A DNA stretch of 64,000 bases, from the NCBI GenBank assembly GCA_024704765.1, contig JAKMXF010000342.1, positions 62,001-126,000 of the forward strand. Reading direction: 5' to 3'. This document shows, one piece after another, positions 13,947 to 27,242 of this stretch. The first letter of the stretch is position 1. Every line of letters starts with the position of its first letter. The notes beneath the pieces are model-generated. The model did not search any database. It was given only the letters and a program-made list of their open reading frames with translations, and was not told the DNA's origin. Both the position numbers and the translations under genes were made by a program. Source of the DNA: Oopsacas minuta (lineage: Eukaryota; Animalia; Porifera).

Positions 13947-15257
13947 CAGGGTGACAATTAAGTTCTGTTACATTGATTGTACAGTCGCTAATTACTATGT
14001 TTACAGTGCAACCCTAATCACTAGTCTTTTTTCGTTAACTTTACTTGAGTATAGTCGAGTTACAATAGCATTTGATACTGTTTAGCATCCAGTACATTTT
14101 TCTTACATTATGGTAGATGCAAGGTCCAAAATCATCACTCACTATTTGTCCGGTAATACGCCAACTGAAATTTTGAAGAAGCTGAAACATGATAAAGTGA
14201 ATAGAATGATGGTGTATCGAACCATAAAACGATACAAAGAGACTAGTGGCATAACTGACAAGGCTCGTTCAGGCTGACCACCCACTGCGAGATCCATCCG
14301 ACTCAGGAAGGCAGTGAGAAGTCGAGTTGCGCGAAATCCCAGACGCTCGATGCGAAAAATGGCCAAGGAATTGGAAATTAACCGTGAATCGCTTAGAAAA
14401 CTCGTACATCAGGACTTGAGACTAAAATCTCTCAAAAAGAAAGACGGTACATCATCTGACACCATCAATTCGTCAAAAGAGACTCGAAAGATGCAAGGGG
14501 CTCCTCCGGCGGCTCGGAACCCAAGATTTTGAAAAAATTCTTTTTTCCGATGAAAAGCTCTTCACTGTAGAGGAAGCCACGAACCGTCAAAATGACAGGA
14601 TTTTATCTACTACCGCTAAAGACATCCCTGAAGAGGTTAAATTTGTTGATCGAGTCCAGAAACCTCAATCTGTTATGGTTTAGGGAGGAGTGACGGCCAA
14701 TTAAGGACAAATTTGATTTTTATCCCAAAAGGAGTAAAAATAAACTCAGAAATGTACAGGAAGCTAATACTCGAGCCGGAAGTCAAAGATGCAGGTCGTC
14801 ACCTATACAAAAACCAGGAATGGATATTCCAACAGGACTCAGCTCCAGCGCATGCCTCAAATGCGACTCAGTCCTGGCTCAGGGGGCAAAATATCAGGTT
14901 TTTGTCAAAGACGAATGGCCACCTTCCAGCCCGGACCTCAATCCGCTGGATTATTCTATGTGGGGTAATTTAGAGAAGAGGGTTTGTGCTAAACCTTATA
15001 AAAGTTTGGCGTCGCTACTGAACGCATAACCAGAGAATGGAATAACATGCCACAAGAAGACCTGCAAGCCGCAGTCCTAAAATTTAGGACACGAATACAT
15101 TCCGTTGTTAAGAATAAGAGTAGCTATATTGAATAATATTTTGTAGAATGATTCGGTACTATATAGCTAATATTCAAGAGAAATTTGAACGATATCTATT
15201 GTATAGTTTCGGAGTTATTCGCAAATTCGAATGTAACAGAACTTTATTGTCACCCTG
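13947..15257 (+). mobile_element. Full-length maT/DD37D-type element, degenerate
   Basis: TIR cagggtgacaattaagttctgttac / gtaacagaactttattgtcaccctg with TA TSD. FSDEK, FQQDSAPAH and WPPSSPDLNPLDYS, with about 37 residues between the 2nd and 3rd Asp after repairing one frameshift. Confidence 0.92.
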
Positions 15258-15428
15258 TATATGTGTCTGAATGCCATGAAATGATAAAAACTGGAAGACT
15301 CCCAGGGCTGATTTTGCTATATAGAGGTATTTTGGACTGGCTCGGACAAGTTAGAGTCTTGGACGAAAATTGACAATTATTACTTCATTGTTACCTACCT
15401 CTTTGGATTTCGAAGAATCACAATATCA

Positions 15429-15765
15429 ACCACTGCTCAGACAATATACATGATAGAAGTTGGAAATTTGAATCACAGGTACCTCACTGTGACTAATGTC
15501 CTAACGTCATGAGTCTGACCAAAAGCTAACTCATTATTGGATTATTACGTCATCATGACTGTACAAAAAATATCAAAATTATCCAGAATTCTAAAAATTT
15601 CAGAATTTCTAATACCTGAGGCATAAATGCCTAGGCTACTAATCAAAAGCCACGTGGTAGCTCAAGTAAAACCACAGAAGGCCATATAATGGAATCTGGA
15701 TGGACCATGGATCATAAAAGATAAAATTTCCACAAATATTATCCTCGAGGCAGGTAGTGCAAAGC
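15429..15765 (-). repeat. Copy of the roughly 330-bp dispersed repeat (inverted relative to 23405-23728)
   Basis: accactgctcagacaatatacatgatagaagttggaaatttg corresponds to the reverse complement of 23690-23728. Colinear throughout. Confidence 0.7.
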
Positions 15766-16711
15766 CTAATATCGGGTCGCGTAGCGACCCAAACTATCAA
15801 AAAGTTTAACTATTTGATACTTAATCTAACCCATGAACTACTATATTATACCGGTAGAAGTGAACTATTGGCCAATTTCATTTTCAGGCCATTGTTCTTT
15901 TCAAATACCTCGTAAATATAAGTACCAATAGTCATTGAATCAATTAGAATTAGGTTTTCTAGCACGCTGGAAACAATTACAATATTTTTGACGTTGATTT
16001 CTGGCCAGATTTAACCACAATGAAGCAATGAAATAATATACCCATATTTAGTAATTGCATTCAATATTTGATAAATTTGTCTACAATTTATTATCTACCC
16101 AGCATTTTATCATCTCTATACATTCTGATTGTTAAACTTTATGAACAATAACAAAAATAAGTCATTCTTTCCACACAATATCTTTTTGTACGTTAGTTGA
16201 GAAAATTTATTATAATCTTGTAATAAAACTATAATAATTCTAAATTTAAAGTTTATCAACAAACTTTCCAAAAAATTGTGCTGAAATGATAATGACTGCT
16301 CAATAATTAGTTTCAGATCGTTATAGACCGCTACATTTCCATAGTTTCACCGAAAACTCTAACTACGGAATTTCTTCTTGAATGATTTTGATATTTTCTA
16401 GAACAAAAAACTGCGATGATTCTAAATTTGCCATCAGTTTTTAACCTATACGTCAGGATTTTTCGTTTTCAATAATTTTGATTTATTGCATTTCCATGGA
16501 TATTTGGTGCGAAATTTACCATAACTATTATTTCATGGAAACTATTTTTAGTACTTTGAGTCTTCTTTCCCAAGACTTTTATAATACCTTTAACTAATAT
16601 ACTATATGCAATGGAACCTCATAGGTCGACACTAACTCTTACTAACTTAATATATTAATCTACATTCATGTACATTTTAGATATTTTTGTTCCCTATTCT
16701 TTCTACAATCA

Positions 16712-19700
16712 ATGCATCGCAAATGTGAAAATGATCCTGACTGTTTTTGTTATATTTGTGGTTCGACATGTTGGATAGTATGTTCAAGAAAACGACCCCG
16801 TTAATTATGGAACAATACTATATGTATTTCGGTTGTAAAGTCGGAGACCAAGACAAACCATGGGCCCTCACTATGCTTGTTGCACATGTAATAACTCAGT
16901 CAAATGGTCAAAGGGTAATTTAAAAGCTATGCCATTTGGTGCCCCAATGGTCTGGAGGGAACAAAGAAACCATTCAGCTGACTGCTACTTTTGTTCTGTA
17001 AAGGTTCAAGGGCATTCTAAAAGAGTAAATCTAGGATAACATGCCCAAATTTGCTTTCAGCTTTGCGCCCTGTAGCACATGGCTTGAGAATTCCTGTGAC
17101 TAAAGCTCTTGTCGCATCTAAAGTCCAGGAATGTGTTGATAGTGAACCTGAAGATCAGTTTGATACATCTTTGAGATGCAAAGTGATGCCTAAAAGCTAT
17201 TTTCACAAGAGGACTTGAATGATTTAGTCAGGGATCTTGACCTGTCAAAGGAATCAGCTACTTTTAGGTTCGAGACTTAGAGAAAGAAACCTTCTAGAAG
17301 CAAGAACTACGTTTTACTGGTATAGGAATAGAGAGCAGGAATTTGAGCCATTCTTTTCAATGGACAATGACTTGGTTTATTGTAATAATATTCAAGGGTT
17401 GATTTTATCCATGGAAATGAACTATGATCCCAATGATTGGAGACTTTTCATTGATTCTTCTAAGAGAAGCCTCAAAGTGGTCCTCCTTTACAACGGAAAC
17501 ATTATGTCGTCAATCCTAATCGCGCATTCAGTTACCCTTCGAGAAAATTACGAAACCATGAAGCTACTCATTGAAATGCTCAAGTAGGAAGAACATAAGT
17601 AGCAAATCTGTGGTGATCTAGAGGTTATTACTCTCCTAAGAAGGGCACTCGAAAAGTTTTGACGATGACCGACATATCATACAGTAATAATAAAATTGAC
17701 TATTACATTTTTCAAAATACTCTCCCTGACAATCTATACATTATCAATTCTGGTAAACCAATTATCAAAACATTTTTTCCACCCTTCTTTGGGTATGTCT
17801 CCGATCGCTTGGAAAAGTGCTCCTCTCAACTCTTAATTAGTCGAAAATCTCCTTCCACGTAATTGATCTTTGAGTCTAGGGAACAACCAGAAGACGCAAG
17901 GGGCTAAATCAGGACTGTAGGGCGGGTTATGCAATGTTTTGAGTCCAGAATTTTCCAAAACTCACGAGTTCTGATTGCCATATGCGATGATGCATTATCA
18001 TGATGAAGAAGAATTCCTCTAATACCTGTCTTCTCCCGCTGTGACTCAATTGCTGTGGTGACTTTGGGTAGGGACACTGTAGTGTACCAGTCGGCAGTAA
18101 CAGTTTTTCTATCCTCAAGAGCAACAGCTTCGACAAACCCACTAGATATGAAAAAATCGCCCACATTTGTTTCCCAACAGATCTAGCCCTCCGCACTTTG
18201 GTTCGAGGTGGAGCATCTTCTTCAACCCACTCCTTTGACATTGGCTTTGTTTCTGGATCATAATGGTTTATCCATGTCTCATCACCTGTAAGGATCTCTG
18301 AAACAGCTCTTGAACTTCCATTAGCAAACCTTTTAAGCATACTTTTGCAAAAGTCCATGCGGGATACTTTTTGCTGTAAGTTTAAAGAATGGGAGATCCA
18401 TCGAGGACACAACCTCCTGACACAAAGCTCTTTGTGCAAAATGATATTAATTGTTCCCGATGATAACTCGGTTTCATACTCTAACTGAGCGTACGTAATA
18501 TGAGGATCTTTAGTGATTAGATCTAGCATTTCGTTAACATTTTCTTCATTATGTGAAATATTCGGTCTTCCTGAACGAGGAGCATCTTCAAGAACAAAGT
18601 TTCAGTGAATAAATTCCCTGTACCATCGTTCAACTGTACTTAGAGAAGGAACTAGATCCGGGAAATGTTCCTGTAAAGATTCATAGATTTCTACACTTGT
18701 CTTCTGTAGTTTGAATAAGATCAAAATCATTCATCCCAAATCACGTTTTGTGAGATCTGATTTAGATTGAGATATTTTCGAAGCCACGTATGCCAAAATT
18801 ATCTACTTTATGAAAGTAGAGCAGATAAATGAATGAAAGTTTCATAGTAGAGTAGTAAAATATGTCTGAAAAGATGGATGCGGAAAAATATCCGACAGAT
18901 TAATGGTTTCATACCAAACGACAAAACTTTTCGAGTGCCCCTCGTACTTGGCCAGCAAGGTGGTTATACAAAGAATCCTTGCTTTCTTTTCTTATAGGAT
19001 AGCTGAGCGGACTCTCAACAATATCCAAGGTAAGAATGGCCAACTAGAAGCAAATATATTCCAGGAAGGGAATATGTGAGATCTATTCCTCTTATCGATC
19101 CCCAGATGGTCATATTACCCCCGCTCCATATCAAACTTGGTCTAATGAAGAATTTAGTAAAGCCTTAAATAGGGAAGGTGATGCATTTAGGTCTCTTTCT
19201 ATGAAATTTCCAGCTATAAGTGATGCCAAGTTAAAAAGCAGGTATTTTGTGGGACCACAATACGTCAATTATTCCGAGATCCTCAGTTTGAGGCAGTGTA
19301 GAATACCGTAGAGAGAAATGCCTGGACCTCTTTCAAGAATGTCGTGAAAACTTTTTGGGATATAAGAAAGCGAAAAACTACCAAGAATTTGTTCAAACAA
19401 TGCTTGCTAATTTATGAATCTCTTGGCTGTAGAAAGGCATAAGATTCACTTTCTACATTCGCATTTAAATTATTTTCCTGAAAATCTCGGTAACATAAGT
19501 TAGGAACAAGGTGAGCGGTTTCATCAGGACATTTGTGAAATGGAGAAAAGATACCAAGGCAAATGGAATACAAGTTTGATCGGAAACTATTGTTGGTGTT
19601 TAAAAAGGGACTGCGATACAGCTCACAATCGAATGTCAAGAAAGCGGTGTTTCATTCCATATGTTCCATGTTAAAGCTGTTAAGGATTAATAATATATTG

Positions 19701-20168
19701 CTTACAATTTCCAAGTCAAATAGCAATAGTGTTGTTGTTTAAAACTTCTGATGCAATCCTAAATTCAATAATGGGTATTTTATACTTCATACCAAATTGA
19801 TATATCAGAGGCATGATAAACGTATATGTATCACGGGTCTCTGAAATCGTGCTCTTGACCAAAAAATATGGACCTTACGACATTTACAGAATAAAAAATA
19901 TATTAACGATTAATGGGAACTCGTATTGTTGTTATAGAGGTTAGAATAATATACTTTTAGATCATTCTTTGAGTTTGAAAACATTACGGTACATTTTTTA
20001 AATAAATATTTTCCTTGAAGTCAAAGAAATTTGAAAAATTGATTTTCGAAAAATCTGGACATGTAGATAACAAATGAATGCCATATTTGAAATCAGCATA
20101 AAAAATTGGCAAAGAATAGTCTGAATACATCGAAGAAGAAATTGTAATTTGAAAAACGTTGCCCAGTG
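16712..20168 (+). mobile_element. Chapaev3 (CMC superfamily) element remnant, interrupted by a mariner
   Basis: MHRKCENDPDCFCYICG start, WRLFIDSSKRSLKVVLLYNGN, LLGQQGGYTK.PCFL, PPLHIKLGLMK and GERFHQDI motifs. Right end gcccagtg followed by TAA. Left terminus not found. Confidence 0.85.
17639..18944 (-). mobile_element. Full-length mariner (DD34D) element, frameshifted
   Basis: TIRs agaagggcactcgaaaagttttgac / gacaaaacttttcgagtgcccctcg with TA TSD. ORFs contain LTGDETWI, LHHDNASSH and HNPPYSPDLAPCDF-like motifs. Confidence 0.92.
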
Positions 20169-20241
20169 TAATTGTATTTATTTATACATTTCATCTGATT
20201 TTCCTCAATGTCATCCAAAAATATGATTTTTCGTCCAATTG

Positions 20242-22620
20242 ATGCCCAACAAGTGCTCTGTAGTATATTGTAATTCTGGTGACAACGGTGGATCGAATTA
20301 CTTTTGTTTAAAGTTCCCCCAGAAGCCAGAATTTCTAATAAATGGTTGAACTTTCCTAACAGACAATCAAATTATGTTGTAACAGATAATTCATTTAATT
20401 GTTCATAGCATTTTGAGCCTTGCAACCTGAAAGTTACTACTCAGAAATTTACTAGATTGAATTACGCTCGAGATCGTAATCTGACTATTCATTTCCAATC
20501 AATCCCTCAGAGTCAGGCTACAGTTCCAATAAAATCACATCCACCACCAAAACAACGTATCTTCCAACCAGATGAGATAGATTTCTTTGAGAAAAGTACA
20601 AAATTATCAGTTTCCTAGAGGTAGTCGAATTGCTGAGACAAACACCAAAATATGTAGGTTTCACAATACACGTCGAAGATAATTTGTAACAGCTTACCAT
20701 ATCGTTATCTCTTCTGGAGTGTATCTAAAAAGGAATACCCTACTATCTATAACGAGTTTCATGTCAAACTTAGTTTCGAAGGATCACCAATGCCTCTGTC
20801 GAAATATATCTCCAGGCATATAGTGGTAATAAACTAACCCATCTATATATTCTTGAAATTTACCAATCTACTGTCGATATTTTCGAACTCAGTTTGTTGA
20901 TCATGGTATTAAAGAACTAATTCAAATTTGTTATTTTAGCACTTGAGATAGACTTAAATACTCGCCCCAAGTTCAGGGGTTTTCTCTGATGTTGGGGTAT
21001 ACTTCAAATTTGGCATATAAATTACATTAAAAAAAAAATTCATCTCCCAAGCAAATCACTCCAACATAAACTTAAGTCCCCCTAAAGAGACAACTGTCAG
21101 CCCTTCAATCCATACATGACTCGAACTGTATTGGCATTGACATATCAATATCACTTGATGAAATGCAGCTCCAATCTCCAGTTCAGCTGGGTGGACATAA
21201 TCTAATTGGTTGCAATTCAGATATGGATGTGTAAGTATTTTGTAATTTACGATTGTAACTCTGAGGGAGTCTATCCCGTTTGCTATTTCAGCAATACTTC
21301 TAGTTAAGAATCCTGGTGAATTGTTATAGAGAATATTGATAATTGTCCTCCTTTCTCACACAATCTCATTTCAGAGTAGAGCTATCATTTCAGATAAACA
21401 CATAACAAAAGTGAAGGCGTAACAATATACTCTTATCTAAATGCCAATACCAAGACAAGTATGATAAGATCATTAATCCACACCTTTCTCATCAGAATAT
21501 ATATCTTCCCTTCGACAATTGTAACCTCATCAAGAACATCAGAAATAATCTGAAGTCAAAATTGATTTCGATATTCTAGCTTTGATTTATATCTGGAAAT
21601 TTCAATATCAATTTTCAAGCGGGAATAGTTCAATGGTCTCATCTCCGCAATATCCATGAAAGAGACTTAAATTTATCTGCACACCTCGGTGCTACATATT
21701 AAATTAACTCCTCATTAATCCATCCTTGAAATAACACGCAATCTGTTTCTTTAATCCTTGCGATATTCAACGAAACAACTATCGCAGCTATTCGTTTATA
21801 CCTTCCTGAAGAGGAGACTATTTGTGGGTTTTTACTTGATTCGGGTTTGGTGGCTGTGAATTCGAAAGAGTGGTTTTAACCTCTAAGTCAAGGAAGCGTT
21901 TTGGTCGCAAATGATTACAAAACCGAATTTCAGTGTTATTTTAGTAATTTGCTGAATACGTGGCAAGACTCGAAAAGTTAGGTTTATCACAACAAAATTT
22001 CAAAGCCTTAATACAAAGTAATTATGCCCTCTCTGAACTATCTCTTGAATTGCTCAATGAAGGAAATAAATACGCGCTACCTAGGTGCTTGCAAAGTGAT
22101 CCATTGGGGAACGAAGGTTTTCCCAATATTGGGAGCTAAGTGAAGGGCAATTTCTAGTGAGTTCACAAGAGGTCTTCAGATCAGGGTCAAATATAAAGTT
22201 GAAATCTCTCCTAAAGAGAAATATTGACATTAGCTCTCTATGTTCCCAAAATCTCTATTTCATCAACCAAGGAGTATGCACAGAAATTCTTCTATTTGAT
22301 AGTGATCATCTACAATAAACTGAAGATTCCCAACAAGTTGCTGTTTATAATTCAGGCAATATTTCCTTGTCGCTTATGTTTCTTGTAAATGATAAAGTTC
22401 CATCCCAGTACTTGAACAACCTTAATCAGGTGGTTGAATTCTTCTGGATACATCTTTATGTGTCATGTGCGTTTTCCTTTATGGAAGTTCAGAAGGACAC
22501 ATTAGAGATTCTGGCTATCCTTGGAAATAATAGCTCAAGAATTAATGAATCTTGCAAAATTTGAATAGGATACTTCAATATTTCAGTAAGGGCCAGGTTT
22601 CCGTATTAACTCCATGGCCT
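20242..22620 (+). pseudogene. Highly degenerate THAP-domain P-element transposase
   Basis: MPNKCSVVYCNS...KFP...KWLNF...FNCSxHFE (THAP zinc finger) and FDNCNLIKNIRNNL (P-transposase motif). Right boundary is approximate. Confidence 0.7.
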
Positions 22621-22754
22621 GGAAATGAAGCTGGCAAATAGCTCGCGTATCTATCCGTATAATATAGGAGGTCATGGGTTAAATCAATATCAAGTAGCTA
22701 AACTACTTGATAGTTTGGGTTGCTACGCGATCTGGTATTACACCCTGTACGAAG

Positions 22755-23372
22755 TGCATGCATTAGTTAGAATTTTCTGAATGGCAACAAGTTAGAATCA
22801 ATATTTAGTTAATTGTAACAAGTAAGAATGAGTTTTTAGTATAAGTAAGAAGATCGAATCGATTATAGTCTATTGTAAAAAAGTTCGAATAAATTTTCAG
22901 ACTATTATAACAAGTTCGAATCAATGTTCCGGTTATTGTCAAAAGTCAGAATCGATTTTGTGACTGTTGCCACAAGTCAGAATCGATATTGAGAAAGCTG
23001 TCAGAAGTTGAAAAATAAAAATCCAACGGTCCGCAATTTTGCAAACTTGTATAATAATTAGTCCAACAAAGGTACATCCAAACACAAAATTACCATGAAG
23101 TCCACATCCCCGCGGCTAGGAGCTTAATAACAAGTACAAATGAAAACTCCCAGATCCATAAGGTAGTGAACTAAATCCCCAATCCCCTCTCAATGGTACG
23201 GGTATATAATTACCACAATAAAAAGTTTTGCCGGGCCTCGTTTGCCACGCAACACCCCGGAAAACTAGAGTCTGACTTGTGACAACAGTCTGAATTTGAT
23301 TTGAACTTGTTGCATTAGACTGAAATCGATTCAAACTTGTTGCAATTCAGAAAATTCTAACTAATGACAACC
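22755..23372. mobile_element. MITE-like element with roughly 40-bp TIRs and internal roughly 33-bp degenerate tandem repeats
   Basis: cattagttagaattttctgaatggcaacaagttagaatc is inverted to gattcaaacttgttgcaattcagaaaattctaactaatg. Repeated acaagtt/tcagaatcgat units at 22850-23010. Confidence 0.65.
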
Positions 23373-23404
23373 TCAAAATTCAAACTAAAGCAACGACCCC
23401 CTCT

Positions 23405-23728
23405 GCGCTATCAGCCTCGAGGAGAATATTTTGTGGAAATTTGTATCTTAAATGATACATGATCCATTCAAATTCCAATAAATGGCCTTTTGTGGTAATA
23501 CTGTAGCTACTACGTGGCTTTTTTGATTAGCATTCTGAGCCCTTTATGCCTCAGGTATTTTAGAAATTCTGAAATTTTTTAACATTTTTGTACAGTCGTG
23601 ATTACGTAATAATACCATGATGAGTTAGCTTGTGGTCAGAATCATGACGTCAGTACATTAGCCATATTGAGGGGTACTTGTGAATCAAATTTCAAACTTC
23701 TATAATGTATATTGTATGACCAGTGGTT
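23405..23728 (+). repeat. Copy of the roughly 330-bp dispersed repeat
   Basis: Colinear with the reverse complement of 15429-15765 and with 2600-2765. Confidence 0.7.
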
Positions 23729-25398
23729 AAAATCCTAAGAAAAGTGCTTGCACATAACGAAATTGATAATTTTAAATCCTTGAAATACGGCGAATAATAT
23801 ATATGAATATCATAAAAATGAGTGAAAAAAACATTTGACTTTGATATTTACAATTATACTTCACAAATAGATGAAGATTTTCTAAATTCATTTTTATAGC
23901 CAGACCTTGCTCATTAAATAGATACTGAGATAATTACATATATAATTGTAGATTGCATAAAATTATAATGAGATTATATACTTCTGAATTCTACGTGGAG
24001 TAATACCACATTATGAATATTCAGAATTGTTTAGAGCAAATCTTGTTGACTTATGAGTATTTTCAGATTTGTGGTACATGTGGCACAAGTGGCATAAATC
24101 AGCTATATTTACGGCACCTCGTAGGTGAATAAAAATGTGTAAATATCGACTGTATCTCCGACAATACAAATATTTGGAAATAGTTTTGAGAATTTCAAAT
24201 GTTTTTTATACTGTATTTCATTCTGGTGCCTATATTATAGTGATATGCCACTTCTGCCACTTGGGCAGGAAAATGAAAATGCAAATATGTTGACGAGGTT
24301 TGCTCTAAACAATTCGAAATTGACATTCTGGGTAAATACAGGCCCGTAAAATTAAAATGTGATATCAGAATTGTTGCATCTGTTTATAATTTTGTATAAT
24401 TAAGAATTGAATGATAAATTAGCTTATTATATCTTTACTGAACAAAGTGTGGCTAGAAAATATCTAATTAGAAAAGTATTCATCTTTTTTGCCAGGACAT
24501 TGTCAACAAACTTAGTCAAATAGTTGGTTAGGTATGTTTTTGTATGCATATTGTAATATTCTCGTTATTTCCAGGATGTACAATTGTATATGCATTTAGT
24601 TGTGTGGAAATAGTTTTGTTCGGTTAGTGTAGTAGGCCATGGCTATACTGAGAAATAAGCTGCCCCGCAGCGACGTAGCAACGAAGCACCCTAGTATTGA
24701 ATTAACATTTTAGTTCGGTCGACACGAACATCTTGGTCCAATATCCATAATCATTTCTGAGGACTTAGGTATAGTAGACTATTTAAATACGTATTCACAT
24801 ACAGATTATTTGAGTTTAATAGTATAGTCTATCAATGAATCGTTAATGATACATTCAATAAAAATCATTCATTATAATTATTCGTTAGTTCTAACAATTT
24901 TTCAAAGAATTAGTCAACTTAGGTCAGATTGTAGTCGTAACAAGAATACCCTATTGAGCTATAGTTCATACGGGGGGTGCATGCATTAGCTCGAATTCTT
25001 GTGCAGTTGATAGCTCGACTCAAGTTTTGAATACAAGGCCAATAGTTCGACTCACCTATAATTTAACAACTTTACTTGCATTGCCAGATCATTATATAAT
25101 GTTACAAACATAAGATATATACCTTCGCCGTATTTACTTAAAACCTCGAAGTTATGTTCTATAGAATAGGCTGTTACTCACTAAAATTAAAGTTCTAACT
25201 AAACATCTAACTAAAGTACAAACTTTAGAGGAACCCAATTAGGTTGCTAAACTCTTTACATATTGCTATCTTAAGATATTTCTTAATAAATAGCTAAGGA
25301 AATGGACTGTAATAATATGCACTACTTGTACGATGCTAATATGATGTTTTAGTTTACATTTTAGACGTATATTTTCTATACTCTCCATTATTGTCCGG

Positions 25399-26441
25399 TC
25401 ACCAAATGGGGATTTTTAGTGAAGTAGAAAAGGGCGTAAATAGAATGATTTTGGCTGATTTATCATCTCTGATTATGAATAAGTCAGAATCAGCGGAAGA
25501 CATTTCGTCATCCTTGAGTTTTAGCTAATTAAAACTTAAAACGATATTTGTAAAACTTGATGATAAATACAATATATTTCCTAATATCACGAGTTATTTG
25601 TACTTCAAATCAACTAAAAGCACTTCTATCCACCCCAGGTCAAGAAAATAATTGTAGTTTCAAGTCCATATATTACGTGGAAAACGCCTTATGAAAAATC
25701 CTTGGTCACAATTTTGAATATAGTACCCTGCCCATATTGTACCTGACACAATGGATAAATTAGTAAATGCAAATATTGTATGAATTTAGATGCAGTAACA
25801 CTCGCGGAAATAATTACCTGAGGAAATGGGAATTCTTTGTAAAAGCAATGAATAATATTCGGGTCTCTAAATACGTGACCATTCTCCAATAAATTAAGTA
25901 TAATTCTAGATAACATTTTAGCATCGTCAATATCAAATCGTGATACGTATTCAGTGCTACTTAAGGCCAAATTTCGCACAATTCGGCTAAGTGAATTTAT
26001 CTCCGGTTTACTAGATTTGCTAAAGCATTTCATATTTTCTTGATACAAATCAAAGAAAGAGAAGAATAACTTGTGTAAAGGGATGTTCTTCTTCAATGCT
26101 TCAAGGTGTAATGTTTGACGTAAAGGAATATGACCTAGCGTAATAATGCATGCTTGGTCAAGAGATCCTATCAAACTAGCGAATTTAGACTCAAGTTCCA
26201 CCAAAATATCCTCCAAAGGGGGAGCAGACCTGATGACATCTAATTGATGGTCCGTTAAATCATCCACATTTAATGGACAAACAGGACATTGATCCAAACA
26301 TAGAGTTTTGCGATTATCAATATCAAAAAGGCACCAAGCAACCGAAACAATTTCAGACAAATCAATAGAGATTATATCAAATTCATCCACAAAGGTTCTT
26401 GTATCCTTAAAGATAAGGCCAATCAAATAATTGATAGGCAT
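25399..26441 (-). CDS. ESRP/Fusilli-like N-terminal DEDDh exonuclease-fold protein; predicted exons 26441-25818 and 25524-25399 (249 aa)
   Basis: ITLGHIPLRQTLHLEALKKNIPLHKLFFSFFDL resembles ESRP1 [33 protein letters not shown], and GHVFRDP resembles HRFSDP. Donor CAG|gtaatt at 25817. Phase-0 acceptor ttttaattag|CTA at 25525 opens 41 codons to TGA. Exon 2 is inferred. Confidence 0.72.
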
Positions 26442-26495
26442 CCAGAAAATGCAATCAAGAAGAATATAGGATGTAAATTGCTAATATTATCAATA

Positions 26496-27242
26496 CAGGA
26501 AACTCTCGTGATAACCAATTAGGAAATAAGAAACTCCCGGTATAGCGAATTGATACTTCTAATGGTACGTAACGCAAAATTCCCCACATTTCGCCCCCTC
26601 CCCTTGTAGCATTAAGTAACGTTTGAAGGCACCTTGACTTGAAAATAATGTGTTTAACGTCGCATGAACGAAATATCTAGTACACCCAGCCCCCCGTTCG
26701 CGGGGGTTATGTCCCTGAGAATTGTAGCGAATAGCAAAATCGCAAACGGCAAGAAGTTGGTTCAATGAGAATAGTGGGGTTACATTCCTAGATTACAAAT
26801 GACAAACAATAAATGATACTAAATATGATCGGAATGCACAATTAGCAATAATCATGAGTTTAAAAATGGTAATTACATTCACTGATGTAAAAATACTATG
26901 TGTGAGCATTAGAGGAAAAAGTTGCATATATATAATGAGAGAAGTTTCTGTTTTCAAGCGATTAAAATAGCACAAAACACTAGATATGTTTAATTAGATA
27001 TAAAGTTCAATGTAAGTGGGATGTTTATCAAGAAAAAATACAATTTCACTAATAATGCATACAAAATATAAAATTACTGACATAGCTCGTAACGAAAATC
27101 GCGAATATTAAGGCAATACATCGCGAAAGGTAAAACGAGACACAAATATTCTCGCGGATAATTGAAAAAGCGAACGGCGTGGGCTGCCAGTATAACGAAA
27201 TGGGAGCGTTACCGACCTCTTCGTTATAAAGAGAGTCTACTG
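26496..27242. mobile_element. pogo-type MITE immediately upstream of the ESRP-like start codon
   Basis: TA-caggaaactctcgtgataacc versus the right end cgttataaagagagtctactg-TA (degenerate TIR). Confidence 0.5.
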
